A stretch of 41,304 bases of DNA from a virus. Its lineage: Duplodnaviria > Caudoviricetes. The stretch spans positions 1 through 41,304 of IMG/VR virus record IMGVR_UViG_3300020045_002291. One strand, written 5' to 3'. Position numbers and translations under genes: made by a program. The notes beneath the pieces are model-generated. The model did no database searches. It was not told the origin of the DNA and was given only the letters and a program-made list of their open reading frames with translations. Shown here in pieces: positions 24,192 to 33,565 of this stretch. Each line of letters starts with the position of its first letter. Position 1 is the first letter of the stretch.

Positions 24192-24532
24192 GTTTCACGG
24201 CTCACTCACGTAAGAGTGACCACACGCATGCTGATTGGTAGCGAGTTACTTGCAGCTTCCTAAAAGGTGCCATGCAAGTCGGTAGCACACTGGCCAGTGT
24301 CAGTCAGCAGTCGTGTGGTGGGGCTAACGCTCCGAAGACAGAGGGTGCATAGCTCAAGTGACGACTTGCTCATATGCCGGATGGTTCACGAAACGAGCCG
24401 CCACAACATATAACTCACCGCAGCCGATGCGGTAGCCTTCGGGCTGTTCCTCCAACCTCACAGCGCATGGGTATCGGTAGCGTAGCGCGCTTGAAGCCGA
24501 AAGGTAGCATTCAAGCAAAGCAATAGCAAACT

Positions 24533-24558
24533 AGCCCACCCTAGCCGGTGGGCTTTTT
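24533..24558 (+). terminator. Intrinsic terminator
   Basis: AGCCCACC-loop-GGTGGGCT followed by a T run. Confidence 0.85.
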
Positions 24559-24638
24559 GTTAATGATGACTAAACGCAAGACTGCTGCTATAGTTGCGAT
24601 ACCGCAAAACATGGCACCGCAACCAAATAGAGGCAGCA

Positions 24639-25412
24639 ATGACCTATCCCGAACCAATGCAAATAGACTTCCCGCTGATGGTGAGTGCAGGAAGGGTTGA
24701 CGGATGGTCCCGCGCCTTTGGCATTGGCTACAACCCATCCATCGACACCAACGCTGTCCCGGCTAGCTGCTGGGGCGGCACTGGGCTTTATCCGTGGATG
24801 ACTGGTCTAACCTCGCTTGAGATTGTCGCGCCAACCAGCACGCAGGACATCAACGGAACCGGCACTGGTGCATGGCAGGTCTTGGTAAGCGGCCTTGACC
24901 TCACCGGCAACATCATCAGCACGACTGTCAGCCTGAATGGCGCAACGGCTGTACCCTTGGCAATTCCGTTTTACCGCATCAACTCTGCACGCGTGATTAC
25001 AGCCGGTAGCGGGCGCAAGAACACGGTCAACATTCTGATCCGAGATGCTGGGGCAGGAACCACTCGCTGCGTAATTCTTGCAGGGAAGGGCGTAGCACGG
25101 CAAGCGGCCTACACCGTCCCGGTCAACACCACTTTGCTGATTACCAGCCTACTACTCGTAGTGGACAGCGCAGCGGGCCTAACTCGGCGCAACGCCAGCT
25201 TTGAAACCTACTTCGCCCCGCCGCTCCCAGGCGCTGCAATCTACCCTCTCCCAATCGGCAACAGCGATGGCCAGCCCTACGCCCACCTGCTTGACCCGCC
25301 AATCGCTGTCGCGCAACTGACCGACTTCGACCTCCCAGTGTACAACGTTACAGCAAATGCAACTATCATTACCGCAGGCTGGAACGGCATCCTAAAGCGC
25401 AATAGCCTATAG
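24639..25412 (+). CDS. Conserved beta-rich phage protein, possibly virion-associated
   Basis: G.NP.ID, S..D...GTGA....V.GLD, V.LNG.T.V, F.RIN, AYTVP...T motifs; GAGG RBS. Confidence 0.75.
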   Translation: MTYPEPMQIDFPLMVSAGRVDGWSRAFGIGYNPSIDTNAVPASCWGGTGLYPWMTGLTSLEIVAPTSTQDINGTGTGAWQVLVSGLDLTGNIISTTVSLNGATAVPLAIPFYRINSARVITAGSGRKNTVNILIRDAGAGTTRCVILAGKGVARQAAYTVPVNTTLLITSLLLVVDSAAGLTRRNASFETYFAPPLPGAAIYPLPIGNSDGQPYAHLLDPPIAVAQLTDFDLPVYNVTANATIITAGWNGILKRNSL

Positions 25413-25424
25413 CAATCTGAATAG

Positions 25425-25443
25425 TGATAGAATCCACCTATCG
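25425..25443. promoter_or_regulatory. Palindromic operator-like site over an extended -10 upstream of terS
   Basis: TGATAG-N7-CTATCG containing TGnTAGAAT. Confidence 0.6.
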
Positions 25444-25480
25444 CGGTGCTTCCCGCAGGGCAAGATAGGTAGTGCAAATC

Positions 25481-25786
25481 ATGACTGATCCAGTTAAAAA
25501 AACCACAGGAAACTTGCCGGGCGCTGGCCCAGGCAGGCCAAAAGGAGTCCCCAACAAGACCACTAGGAGCGCCAAGGAGGCGATTGCAGCCGCAGCCGAG
25601 GCGCTAGGTGGGGCTGAGCGTCTAACCGCCTGGGCGCTTGAGGATCCAAGCAATGAGCGCGTGTTTTGGGGTAACATTTATCCCAAGCTGCTTCCGCTTC
25701 AATTGCAGGGTGATGCGCAAAATCCTATTGCGTTGCTCATCAGTGGGATCAATGGCGGGTCGCTTCCTGTAGCTCAGGATGATTGA
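25481..25786 (+). CDS. terS: Terminase small subunit
   Basis: GPGRPKG.PNKTT...KEAI..A...LGG...L..WA...P...F...YPKLLP; directly before terL. Confidence 0.8.
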   Translation: MTDPVKKTTGNLPGAGPGRPKGVPNKTTRSAKEAIAAAAEALGGAERLTAWALEDPSNERVFWGNIYPKLLPLQLQGDAQNPIALLISGINGGSLPVAQDD

Positions 25787-27341
25787 TCTAGCATTCCGGC
25801 CAAAGGACGATAAAGAGCTCGCTCTATGCCTGGCTGACCCTATGTGGCGCGTGTGTTCTGGCGCGCTGTACAAGATCATGCTCAAGAGTGACATGGGCGA
25901 TGGCTCGGTTGTGCCGTTCATGCCTAATCGGGCGCAGCAGCGTTTCATTAAGCGCATGTGGCACCGGAATATTATCCTTAAGGCTCGACAGCTTGGCTTT
26001 ACCACTCTGATTGCCATCATGTGGCTTGATCACGCCTTGTTCAATCCTGACCAGCGGTGCGGCATCATTGCGCAGGATAAGGAAGCGGCGGCGGTCATCT
26101 TCCGCGACAAGGTGAAGCTGGCCTATGAGCGACTGCCAGAGCAACTACGCTTGGCTATGCCGCTTAAACGTGATAGCGCGTCTGAACTCCTGTTCGCGCA
26201 CAACAACAGCAGCATACGCGTTGCAACCTCCATGCGATCCGGCACCATTCACCGGCTGCACGTATCGGAGTTTGGCAAGATCGGAGCGAAGTTTCCCGAC
26301 AAGGCCAAAGAGGTTGTGACTGGTTCCCTGCCAGCTGTGCCGCTTGATGGTATTGCCATCATCGAATCGACGGCAGAGGGCCGCGAGGGCGAATTCTTCA
26401 AGATGTCGCAGCGCGCAGAGGCATTGTCGGAACAAAAGGCAAAGCTGACGCAGCGGGATTACCGATTTCACTTCTTCCCTTGGTGGGAAGAGCCAGCCTA
26501 TCAAGTTGATCCTGTTGCGCCACTCAGCGACAAGGATAACGAATACTTCGACCAGATCGAGTCAAGCGAAGGTACTACCATAACTGAGCGTCAGCGCGCA
26601 TGGTGGGTTGCCACGCGAGATTCTGACTTTGGCGGTGATGCTGAGAAGATGTGGCAAGAGTACCCAAGCACGCCTAAAGAAGCATTTCAAGTATCGACAG
26701 AGGGAACCTACTACGCGGTGCAGTTGGCGGCAGCGCGCAAGGCTGGCCGCGTCGGGCTTGTCCCTGTCGCTGATGGAGTGCCAGTCAACACGTTTTGGGA
26801 CATCGGCAACAGCGACGGTACGGCGATATGGTTTCACCAGAAGGTTGGCCTGGCGCATCGCTTCGTCAAATTCATTGAGGGATGGGGCGAGCCTTACAGC
26901 TACTACACCAAGAAGATGCAAGAGCTTGGCTATCTGTGGGGGACTCACTATCTCCCGCACGATGCAGCGCATAAACGCCAGCAAGGTAATTCCCTTGCAT
27001 CCCCTAAAGAAATGCTTGAGAAGTTGGGCATTGCTGGAACCTGGGAGATTGTCCCCGTTGTGTCGGAAGTGACGCACGGAATTCAATTGGTGCGAAGCGT
27101 GTTCGGAGAATGCTGGTTTGACGAGGCTGGATGCAAGGAAGGCATTGATCACTTGGCAGGCTATCGCAAGACATGGAATGAAACCGCTGGCGCATGGAGT
27201 AGCCAGCCGCGTCACGATATCCACTCGGAGGCCGCAGACGCGTTCCGGCAGTTCGCCCAGTCTGAGGAAAAACTAGGCCGCATGAAGCCGCCGCCAAAAG
27301 TCACCATCATTCCTACAGTCAATTATTTCAACCGCCGATGA
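25779..27341 (+). CDS. terL: Terminase large subunit
   Basis: ILKARQLGFTT (Walker A), LHVSEFG (Walker B), ESTAEG, QEYP, WDIG..D.TAIWF, H...S.AADAFR. Confidence 0.95.
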   Translation: MIDLAFRPKDDKELALCLADPMWRVCSGALYKIMLKSDMGDGSVVPFMPNRAQQRFIKRMWHRNIILKARQLGFTTLIAIMWLDHALFNPDQRCGIIAQDKEAAAVIFRDKVKLAYERLPEQLRLAMPLKRDSASELLFAHNNSSIRVATSMRSGTIHRLHVSEFGKIGAKFPDKAKEVVTGSLPAVPLDGIAIIESTAEGREGEFFKMSQRAEALSEQKAKLTQRDYRFHFFPWWEEPAYQVDPVAPLSDKDNEYFDQIESSEGTTITERQRAWWVATRDSDFGGDAEKMWQEYPSTPKEAFQVSTEGTYYAVQLAAARKAGRVGLVPVADGVPVNTFWDIGNSDGTAIWFHQKVGLAHRFVKFIEGWGEPYSYYTKKMQELGYLWGTHYLPHDAAHKRQQGNSLASPKEMLEKLGIAGTWEIVPVVSEVTHGIQLVRSVFGECWFDEAGCKEGIDHLAGYRKTWNETAGAWSSQPRHDIHSEAADAFRQFAQSEEKLGRMKPPPKVTIIPTVNYFNRR

Positions 27342-27350
27342 AACAGCGTA

Positions 27351-27369
27351 TCATAGCGAAAATCTATCA
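27351..27369. promoter_or_regulatory. Palindromic operator-like site upstream of portal
   Basis: TCATAG-N7-CTATCA overlapping a TATCAT -10. Confidence 0.55.
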
Positions 27370-27383
27370 ATCGAGGTTCTGCA

Positions 27384-29420
27384 ATGGCTAATGACAATCA
27401 GGGGGACTTGCACGCTGAAATGATGCGGGAGTTTAACGCATCGTATGAAGTGTCATGGACGGTGCGCGAGGAAGCAAAGCGCGCACGCCGATTCGTTGAT
27501 GTCCCAGGTGCGCAGTGGGAGGATTGGCTTGGCGAACAGTTCCAGAACAGGCCGCGTCCCGAGGTGAACAAGATCGCCCGGGCGGTTGATCGCATCTATA
27601 ACGAGTATCGCAACAACCGCATCACGGTTGACTTCCGGCCCAAGACAAGCGGGGCCGATGACGAAATGGCCGACTTGCTTGACGATATGTACCGCGCCGA
27701 CGAGCAGGATAGCGGCGCGCAAGAGGCATACGATAACGCCATTCAAGAGGGCATCAAGGGCGGCTATGGTGGCTGGCGTCTGTGCACTGAGTACGAGGAC
27801 CACGAGGACGAGGACAACGAACGCCAGTGCATCAAGATCCTGCCGATCACTGACGCGGATAGCTCCTTGTTCTTCAACGTGGGCGCTCGGCGTGCTGACA
27901 AGGCCGACGCTAAATGGGGCTTCCTGATCTACGGCATGACGCCCGAGGCGTACAAGCGCGAGTATCCTGATTATCCGGCGACCGACTTCCCGCGCCCTTT
28001 GACTGGCGGTTTCGATTGGTGCACGCCTAACTTCGTGTACGTGGCCGAGGTGTACCGCGTCATGGAGCACAAGATCAAGGTCATGCGCTACGCTGGCTTG
28101 GCTGGCGATACCGTCAAGGTCACTGAGGACGAATTGACGCCAGAGCGTGCAGAAGAACTGCGCGTCACTGGCTACACGTTTGAATCGTCACGCAAGATCG
28201 AGAAGCGCCAAGTGCGAAAGTACATCATCAATGGCGGGCAGATCATCGAAGACTGCGGCGTGATCGCTGGCGAGTACATTCCGCTGATTCCTTACTACGG
28301 CAACCGCAGTGTAATTGATGGCGTCGAGCGCGTGTGGGGGCTGGTCAAGAACGGCAAGGATGCACAGCAGCTCTACAACATGCAGGTGGGCGTGATCGCT
28401 GAGCAGGCGGCGTTGGGTCAGATGCCTAAGCCGATCTTCCATCCTGAGCAGATGGTGGGTCACGAGAATACATGGGCCTACGACAATATTATGCGCAATC
28501 CGTACCTGCTGATCAACATGATCAAGGACGACAATGGGCAACTTGTCCCGGGCGGCCCGATTGGCTACACGCAGCCGCCTACGATTCCTCAAGCGGTAAG
28601 CGCCCTGCTGGACATCACCAACCGCGACATGATGGACGTGACCGGCAACCAGGATCAAGCGCAGCAGGTTAGCTCCAACGTCAGCGCGCAGGCCATCCAG
28701 CTAGTGCAGAACCGCTTGGATATGGGCGTGTTCGGCTACATGGACGCAATGTCTAAATCCATGCGCCAATGCGGCACCGTGTGGCTGTCGATGCGCAAAG
28801 CAATCGAGACTGCGCCGCGTAAGGTGCGCACGCTGGCACGCGATGGCAGCCAGGGAAGCGCCGATATCATGGTTCCGGCCATCGATGAGGAAACCGGCGC
28901 GGTGTTCACGAAAAACGATCTAACCAGCGGCAAGTATGACGTGGCTGTCGATGTCGGCCCAAGCTTTACCACGCGCCGCGATGCTACCGTTGCCAACATC
29001 ACCGCCCTGATTCAGGCAACGCCTGACCCTGCACAGCAATCGCTGCTGGCCGGCATGGCAATCATGAACATGGACGGCGAGGGGCTGGAAGATTTGCGCA
29101 AGTACCAGCGCAAGCAGTTGGTCAATCAGGGCGTCATCACTCCGAACGAGCAAGAGAAGAAGGAGCTTAAGGAAGCGCAAGCCAATCAGCAGCCAGATCC
29201 GCAAGCGCAGTTCTTGATGGCAGAGGCTCAGAAGGCGCAAGCACTGGCGCTCAAAGCGCAGGCTGACACCGAACTGACCAAGGCGAAGACCGCAGAGACT
29301 CTATCTGGCATCGACAACAGTAAGCTTGAGTTGATCATGAAGGCGCTCGACCAGTTCACGAGTAACCAGCAGGCCACGCAGACTGCGGCTCCACCAGTGG
29401 AATCAAGTCAAATGCAATAG
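27384..29420 (+). CDS. P22-like portal protein
   Basis: G.QW, RPR.EVNKI, EYRNNRI.V.FRP, IP..P.YG, YDV.VDVGPSFTTRRDA, C-terminal coiled barrel. Confidence 0.93.
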   Translation: MANDNQGDLHAEMMREFNASYEVSWTVREEAKRARRFVDVPGAQWEDWLGEQFQNRPRPEVNKIARAVDRIYNEYRNNRITVDFRPKTSGADDEMADLLDDMYRADEQDSGAQEAYDNAIQEGIKGGYGGWRLCTEYEDHEDEDNERQCIKILPITDADSSLFFNVGARRADKADAKWGFLIYGMTPEAYKREYPDYPATDFPRPLTGGFDWCTPNFVYVAEVYRVMEHKIKVMRYAGLAGDTVKVTEDELTPERAEELRVTGYTFESSRKIEKRQVRKYIINGGQIIEDCGVIAGEYIPLIPYYGNRSVIDGVERVWGLVKNGKDAQQLYNMQVGVIAEQAALGQMPKPIFHPEQMVGHENTWAYDNIMRNPYLLINMIKDDNGQLVPGGPIGYTQPPTIPQAVSALLDITNRDMMDVTGNQDQAQQVSSNVSAQAIQLVQNRLDMGVFGYMDAMSKSMRQCGTVWLSMRKAIETAPRKVRTLARDGSQGSADIMVPAIDEETGAVFTKNDLTSGKYDVAVDVGPSFTTRRDATVANITALIQATPDPAQQSLLAGMAIMNMDGEGLEDLRKYQRKQLVNQGVITPNEQEKKELKEAQANQQPDPQAQFLMAEAQKAQALALKAQADTELTKAKTAETLSGIDNSKLELIMKALDQFTSNQQATQTAAPPVESSQMQ

Positions 29421-29423
29421 AAG

Positions 29424-29452
29424 TTGATTTCCTGATAGATAATGCCTATCAT
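29424..29452 (+). promoter_or_regulatory. Scaffold/coat promoter with palindromic site
   Basis: TTGATT-N17-TATCAT; perfect TGATAG-N7-CTATCA at 29433-29451. Confidence 0.65.
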
Positions 29453-29505
29453 GCGGTCATGGATTCCGCCGATCCAATTAATTCGGTGAGTATGAAAGGG
29501 TTCAA

Positions 29506-30351
29506 ATGAGCGACGAGCAGCAAGAACAGGGAGTAGTCGAAGAAGCGGAGGAACTCAAGGTTGATGAGGCAGCGGCAGAAGTCGAAGCGCCAGCAGTCAT
29601 CGAGCTTGAAGAAATCAGCTTCGCAGACGCGGAATCCCCTACCGCAGCAGCAGAGCAGGAAACCCCCGCGATTCGTCAGATTCGTGAGGCGCAACGTGAA
29701 TCGGAGCGCAAGCGTAAAGAGGCAGAGCGAAAGTTGGCGGCACTTGAAGCGGAACGGGCAAAGCCCAGCGCTGAAAGTGTTCCAGAACTCGGCCCCATGC
29801 CCGGTATCGAAGATTTCGATTACGACACCGAGGCGCACAAGGAAGCAGTGACCGCATGGGTTGCAAAGAAGCAAGCGCGTGATGCAATCGAATCGCGCCG
29901 AGCCAATGAGCAGCAGGAGCAGATGCGCGAACAACAAGCAATTGTTGACCGCTACAACTCCGAGGCCAATGCGTTGCCGGTTGACCGAGTGCGCTACAAG
30001 GCAGCAGAAGCAGAGATTGACGCAAGTTTTAACCCGGTTCAAAAGGCCGTGTTGCTGAAAGCGTCGATCCCCGCAAAACTTGTGTACGCACTGGGAAACA
30101 ATCCTGATCGGCTGGAAAAGCTGTCGAAGATCACCGACCCAATTGCATTCGCTATCGAGATTGGCCGCGCTGAAACGGCCATCACAAGCACCAAGCCAGT
30201 GCGCAAAGCGCCGCCACCTGACACGCCGTTATCGGTAGCAGGGACCGGCGCTGGGTCAGGGCTTGACCGACTGTACGCAGACGCGCAGAAAACGGGCAAT
30301 TACACCGCCTATTACAACGCCAAGCGCGCAGCCAAACCAAAACCGGATTAA
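29506..30351 (+). CDS. Scaffolding protein
   Basis: Acidic coiled-coil, P..EDFDYD, LVYALG.NP, C-terminal A.KTGNYT.Y...KR; lies between portal and coat. Confidence 0.85.
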   Translation: MSDEQQEQGVVEEAEELKVDEAAAEVEAPAVIELEEISFADAESPTAAAEQETPAIRQIREAQRESERKRKEAERKLAALEAERAKPSAESVPELGPMPGIEDFDYDTEAHKEAVTAWVAKKQARDAIESRRANEQQEQMREQQAIVDRYNSEANALPVDRVRYKAAEAEIDASFNPVQKAVLLKASIPAKLVYALGNNPDRLEKLSKITDPIAFAIEIGRAETAITSTKPVRKAPPPDTPLSVAGTGAGSGLDRLYADAQKTGNYTAYYNAKRAAKPKPD

Positions 30352-30363
30352 ACAAGGAATATC

Positions 30364-31602
30364 ATGGCAAACGTTCTTACCAAAGACCTCGAAATCATGT
30401 TCGGGGAATACATCGAAGGCTTCGACGCCGCTTGCGTTCTCTCGCAGGAAGTGCGCCACTTCAACACCGACGCGACCAGCATGCAACGTGCTGGCGACGT
30501 GTTCTACCGTCCGCAGGACTACCAAATGGCGACGGTCAGCGGCCTTGACATCAGCGCCGCTACCCCGACCGACATCGTTCAGCGCATGGTTCCTACCGTG
30601 TTCCGCTCGCCGGAAAACATTCTGTACGCGCTGGACGCCAAAGAAATGCGCGACCCTGAGCACATGAAGCAATCCGGCAAGGCTGCTGGTATGCGACTGG
30701 CCGCCAAGATCGACAGCGACCTGTACGACACCATTGCCAAGCAGGGCGCAAACGTGATCAAGAAGGTCGGCGCGCTGACCTGGGACGATGGCGCTACCGC
30801 CGAAGCCGTTCTGCTGTCGAAGGGCATGGACCTGAGTTCGGCGCGCAAGTTCTTCATGAACCCGTTCGATTACCGCGACGTGGCAAAGGATCTGGGCAAC
30901 CGCGCTTATCTGGGCAAAACCAACCTGGACGCCTACGAGCGTTCGCGTGTGCCTGACATCGCCGGTTTCCAGACCTTCCGCACCGACAACGTGTCGAACC
31001 TGCTGGGCGTCGGCACCGTGACCGGCACCACGTCGAACGGCGCGCAGTCGTTCACGCCATCGGCCATGACCGGCGATCTGCCGACCGATAACCGTCGCAT
31101 GACCTTCTCGGTTGCTGGCGCGAACATCGCCAACATCAAGAATGGCGACTCGTTCACCATCGGCGCGGCTGGCACTGCTGTCAATGCCGTCCACAACATC
31201 ACCAAGGATGACACCGGCCAACTGCAAACGTTCCGCGTCATCAGCGGTGGCGGTACTGCATCGCTGGTCATCACCCCGGCCATCATCGCTACCGGCCCGT
31301 ACCAGAACGTCACCCAAGGTGCAGGCGCTGGCGCTGTGATCACGTTCCTCAACACCGCAACCAAGCCGGTTAACGCCTTCTTCGTTGACGGCGCTGTCGA
31401 ACTGGCGCTGGGCAAGCTGGCGTTCCCGACCGACCAGGGTGTCAAGGTGGCTACCGCAACCAGCAAGAACGGCGTTCCGCTGATCATGTCGTGGTCGTTT
31501 AACCACCTGACGGCAAAAACCACCTGCCGTTTCACCTCGCTATACGCGACGACCGTGCTGCAACCCGAACTGGCCGGCATCGTCATCGCCAACCAGACCT
31601 AA
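30364..31602 (+). CDS. P22-like major capsid (coat) protein
   Basis: 412 aa, strong codon bias, MQRAGD...RP, GDSFTI.....VN.VH..TK..TG.LQTFRV I-domain, V.QPE..G. Confidence 0.92.
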   Translation: MANVLTKDLEIMFGEYIEGFDAACVLSQEVRHFNTDATSMQRAGDVFYRPQDYQMATVSGLDISAATPTDIVQRMVPTVFRSPENILYALDAKEMRDPEHMKQSGKAAGMRLAAKIDSDLYDTIAKQGANVIKKVGALTWDDGATAEAVLLSKGMDLSSARKFFMNPFDYRDVAKDLGNRAYLGKTNLDAYERSRVPDIAGFQTFRTDNVSNLLGVGTVTGTTSNGAQSFTPSAMTGDLPTDNRRMTFSVAGANIANIKNGDSFTIGAAGTAVNAVHNITKDDTGQLQTFRVISGGGTASLVITPAIIATGPYQNVTQGAGAGAVITFLNTATKPVNAFFVDGAVELALGKLAFPTDQGVKVATATSKNGVPLIMSWSFNHLTAKTTCRFTSLYATTVLQPELAGIVIANQT

Positions 31603-31618
31603 GCCGGGGCGATACAAG

Positions 31619-31644
31619 AAAGGGGGCTTCGGCTCCCTTTTTTT
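31619..31644 (+). terminator. Intrinsic terminator after coat gene
   Basis: GGGGGC-TTCG-GCTCCC followed by T7. Confidence 0.85.
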
Positions 31645-31661
31645 CTATGTAGAGGTGAAAA

Positions 31662-32153
31662 ATGTCATTTACGAAACGACAAATTGTCGAAGCGGCCTAT
31701 GGTGAGTTGGCGCTCGCCTATTACAATTTTGACCTGTCGCCAAACGAGATTCAGGACGGGCTATCGCGCATTGAGTCAATGCTGCGTAGCTGGCTGGCGC
31801 GTGGCATTGATACCGGCTACCTGTTCCCCACCACGCCTGCTGTAAGCGATCCTGACGACGATAGCGGCATGGTTGACCTGTATGACGAAGCGGTACGGAC
31901 GAATGGCGCTATGCGCATTGCCCCACTGTTCGGAAAGACCGTATCGCCAGAGACGCGCCAAGCTGCGAAGTCGGCATACGAGTCGATGCTTGTGCCGCGC
32001 CCAATCCCGCAAATGCAACTGCCGCGCAATCTGCCAATCGGGCAGGGCAACCGCTATTTCGGGCTGGCCCCGGCGTACTTTGCGCCATGTTTGCCTGCTG
32101 GCGTGGTGGACCCATCCATTACGTTCTGCACTGACGACGAGGAAGCGCCGTAA
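31662..32153 (+). CDS. Head-tail adaptor / DNA stabilisation protein (P22 gp4-like)
   Basis: TK..IV..A..EL, GI..GY.F, A.RIAP..GK, P.G.GN; position after coat. Confidence 0.85.
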   Translation: MSFTKRQIVEAAYGELALAYYNFDLSPNEIQDGLSRIESMLRSWLARGIDTGYLFPTTPAVSDPDDDSGMVDLYDEAVRTNGAMRIAPLFGKTVSPETRQAAKSAYESMLVPRPIPQMQLPRNLPIGQGNRYFGLAPAYFAPCLPAGVVDPSITFCTDDEEAP

Positions 32154-33565
32154 TGCAAATTCCTATCATCAAGGGCATTTATGCCAGCGAAGACGCGGGT
32201 TATCGCACGTCCTATCCGGTGAACATGATCCCAGTTCCAACACAGAACGGAATCAGCGCTGGCTATCTGCGTCCTGCTGATGGCCTCATTTCATTTGGCG
32301 ACAATGGACCGGGAGCCTATCGCGGCGGCATCAATTGGAACGGCGTTGCCTATGTCGTCATGGGGACAAAATTACTGAGCGTATCCCCTAGTGGGTTTAA
32401 AACGGTTCTCGGTGATGTTGGCCTTGGTGGCTGGGTAACAATGCGCTATTCGTTTGATCGGTTAGCTATAGCGTCTGGTGGTCGGCTTTACTACCTGTTT
32501 GGCGGTTCGGTAGTTCAAGTAACTGACCCCGATTTAGGCGCTGCGTTTGATGTTGAGTGGATTGACGGCTATTTCATTACTACTGATGGCGTCAATCTGG
32601 TGCAGACAGAATTGAACGACCCCACCTCGATTAATCCCCTGAAATACGGTAGCAGCGAGGCGGATCCTGACCCGGTTATCCGCGTGATCAAACTGCGCAA
32701 TGAACTGTGCGCCGTGAATCGCTACACAATCGAAGTGTTCGACAACATCGGCGGCACTGGGTTTGCATTCCAGCGCATCGAGGGCGCAATGATCCCTGTC
32801 GGCGCTGTCGGCACTCATGCGTGCGTAAAATTCGCTGACTCGCTGGCACTGATTGGTGGTGCTCTAAATGAAGCGCCGAGCGTCTATCTGTGTGCAGGTG
32901 GCACATACAACAAGATCGCCACTCGTGAGATTGAGATTATCCTTGAGCAGTACAGCGAGTCCGTATTGTCAACGGTGGTTCTCGACGTGCAGCGTACACA
33001 GTCGCATCAGTTCTTGCGCATTCACCTGCCCGACCAGTGCCTAGTCTTTGATGCTGCGGCGTCGGCAGCGCTCGGTGATCCAGTGTGGCACATTCTGAGC
33101 GGTGCTATCGAAGGGCGCTCACAGTACCGCGCACGCGGCATCTTCTACTGCTATGACAAGTGGATTGCTGGCGATCCTGTCGCACCGCGCCTGTGCACGT
33201 TTTCGCAGGCCGATTCAAGCCATTACGGTCAAAAAGTCTCGTGGGAATTCGGCACGCAGATCATTTACAACGCGGGCAATGATGCGATCGTACTTGAGCT
33301 TGAGCTTGTCGGGCTACCAGGGCGCGTCAAGTTCGGCGCGGACCCGACAATCTGGACCAGCTACAGCAATGATGGCGAGAAGTGGAGCCAAGAGCGCCCG
33401 ATCAAGGCGGGAACGGCTGGGCAGCACGAAAAGCGCCTATGCTGGCGCACCAATGGGCGTATCAGGCACATGCGTATCCAGAAATTCCGTGGCACGTCGG
33501 ACGCGCATATCAGCGTTGCAGCGCTTGAGGCTGCATTTGATCCGCTATTTGTGAGGCCGAAATGA
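32153..33565 (+). CDS. Tail hub / DNA stabilisation protein (P22 gp10-like)
   Basis: PVN..P......GYLR, RG......Y.V.G.KL, SE.DPD, S.DG..WS.E, W...GR.R. Confidence 0.9.
   Translation: MQIPIIKGIYASEDAGYRTSYPVNMIPVPTQNGISAGYLRPADGLISFGDNGPGAYRGGINWNGVAYVVMGTKLLSVSPSGFKTVLGDVGLGGWVTMRYSFDRLAIASGGRLYYLFGGSVVQVTDPDLGAAFDVEWIDGYFITTDGVNLVQTELNDPTSINPLKYGSSEADPDPVIRVIKLRNELCAVNRYTIEVFDNIGGTGFAFQRIEGAMIPVGAVGTHACVKFADSLALIGGALNEAPSVYLCAGGTYNKIATREIEIILEQYSESVLSTVVLDVQRTQSHQFLRIHLPDQCLVFDAAASAALGDPVWHILSGAIEGRSQYRARGIFYCYDKWIAGDPVAPRLCTFSQADSSHYGQKVSWEFGTQIIYNAGNDAIVLELELVGLPGRVKFGADPTIWTSYSNDGEKWSQERPIKAGTAGQHEKRLCWRTNGRIRHMRIQKFRGTSDAHISVAALEAAFDPLFVRPK

Larger units (their letters stand above)
23750..24558 (+). 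ncRNA. Non-coding structured RNA cluster containing tRNA genes
   Basis: About 800 bp without a credible ORF, many hairpins, bounded by a promoter and a terminator. Confidence 0.55.

Noticed and set aside
30256-31506. 416-aa antisense ORF over the coat gene
   Set aside because: Shadow ORF expected from strong GC3 codon bias; no motifs or RBS.
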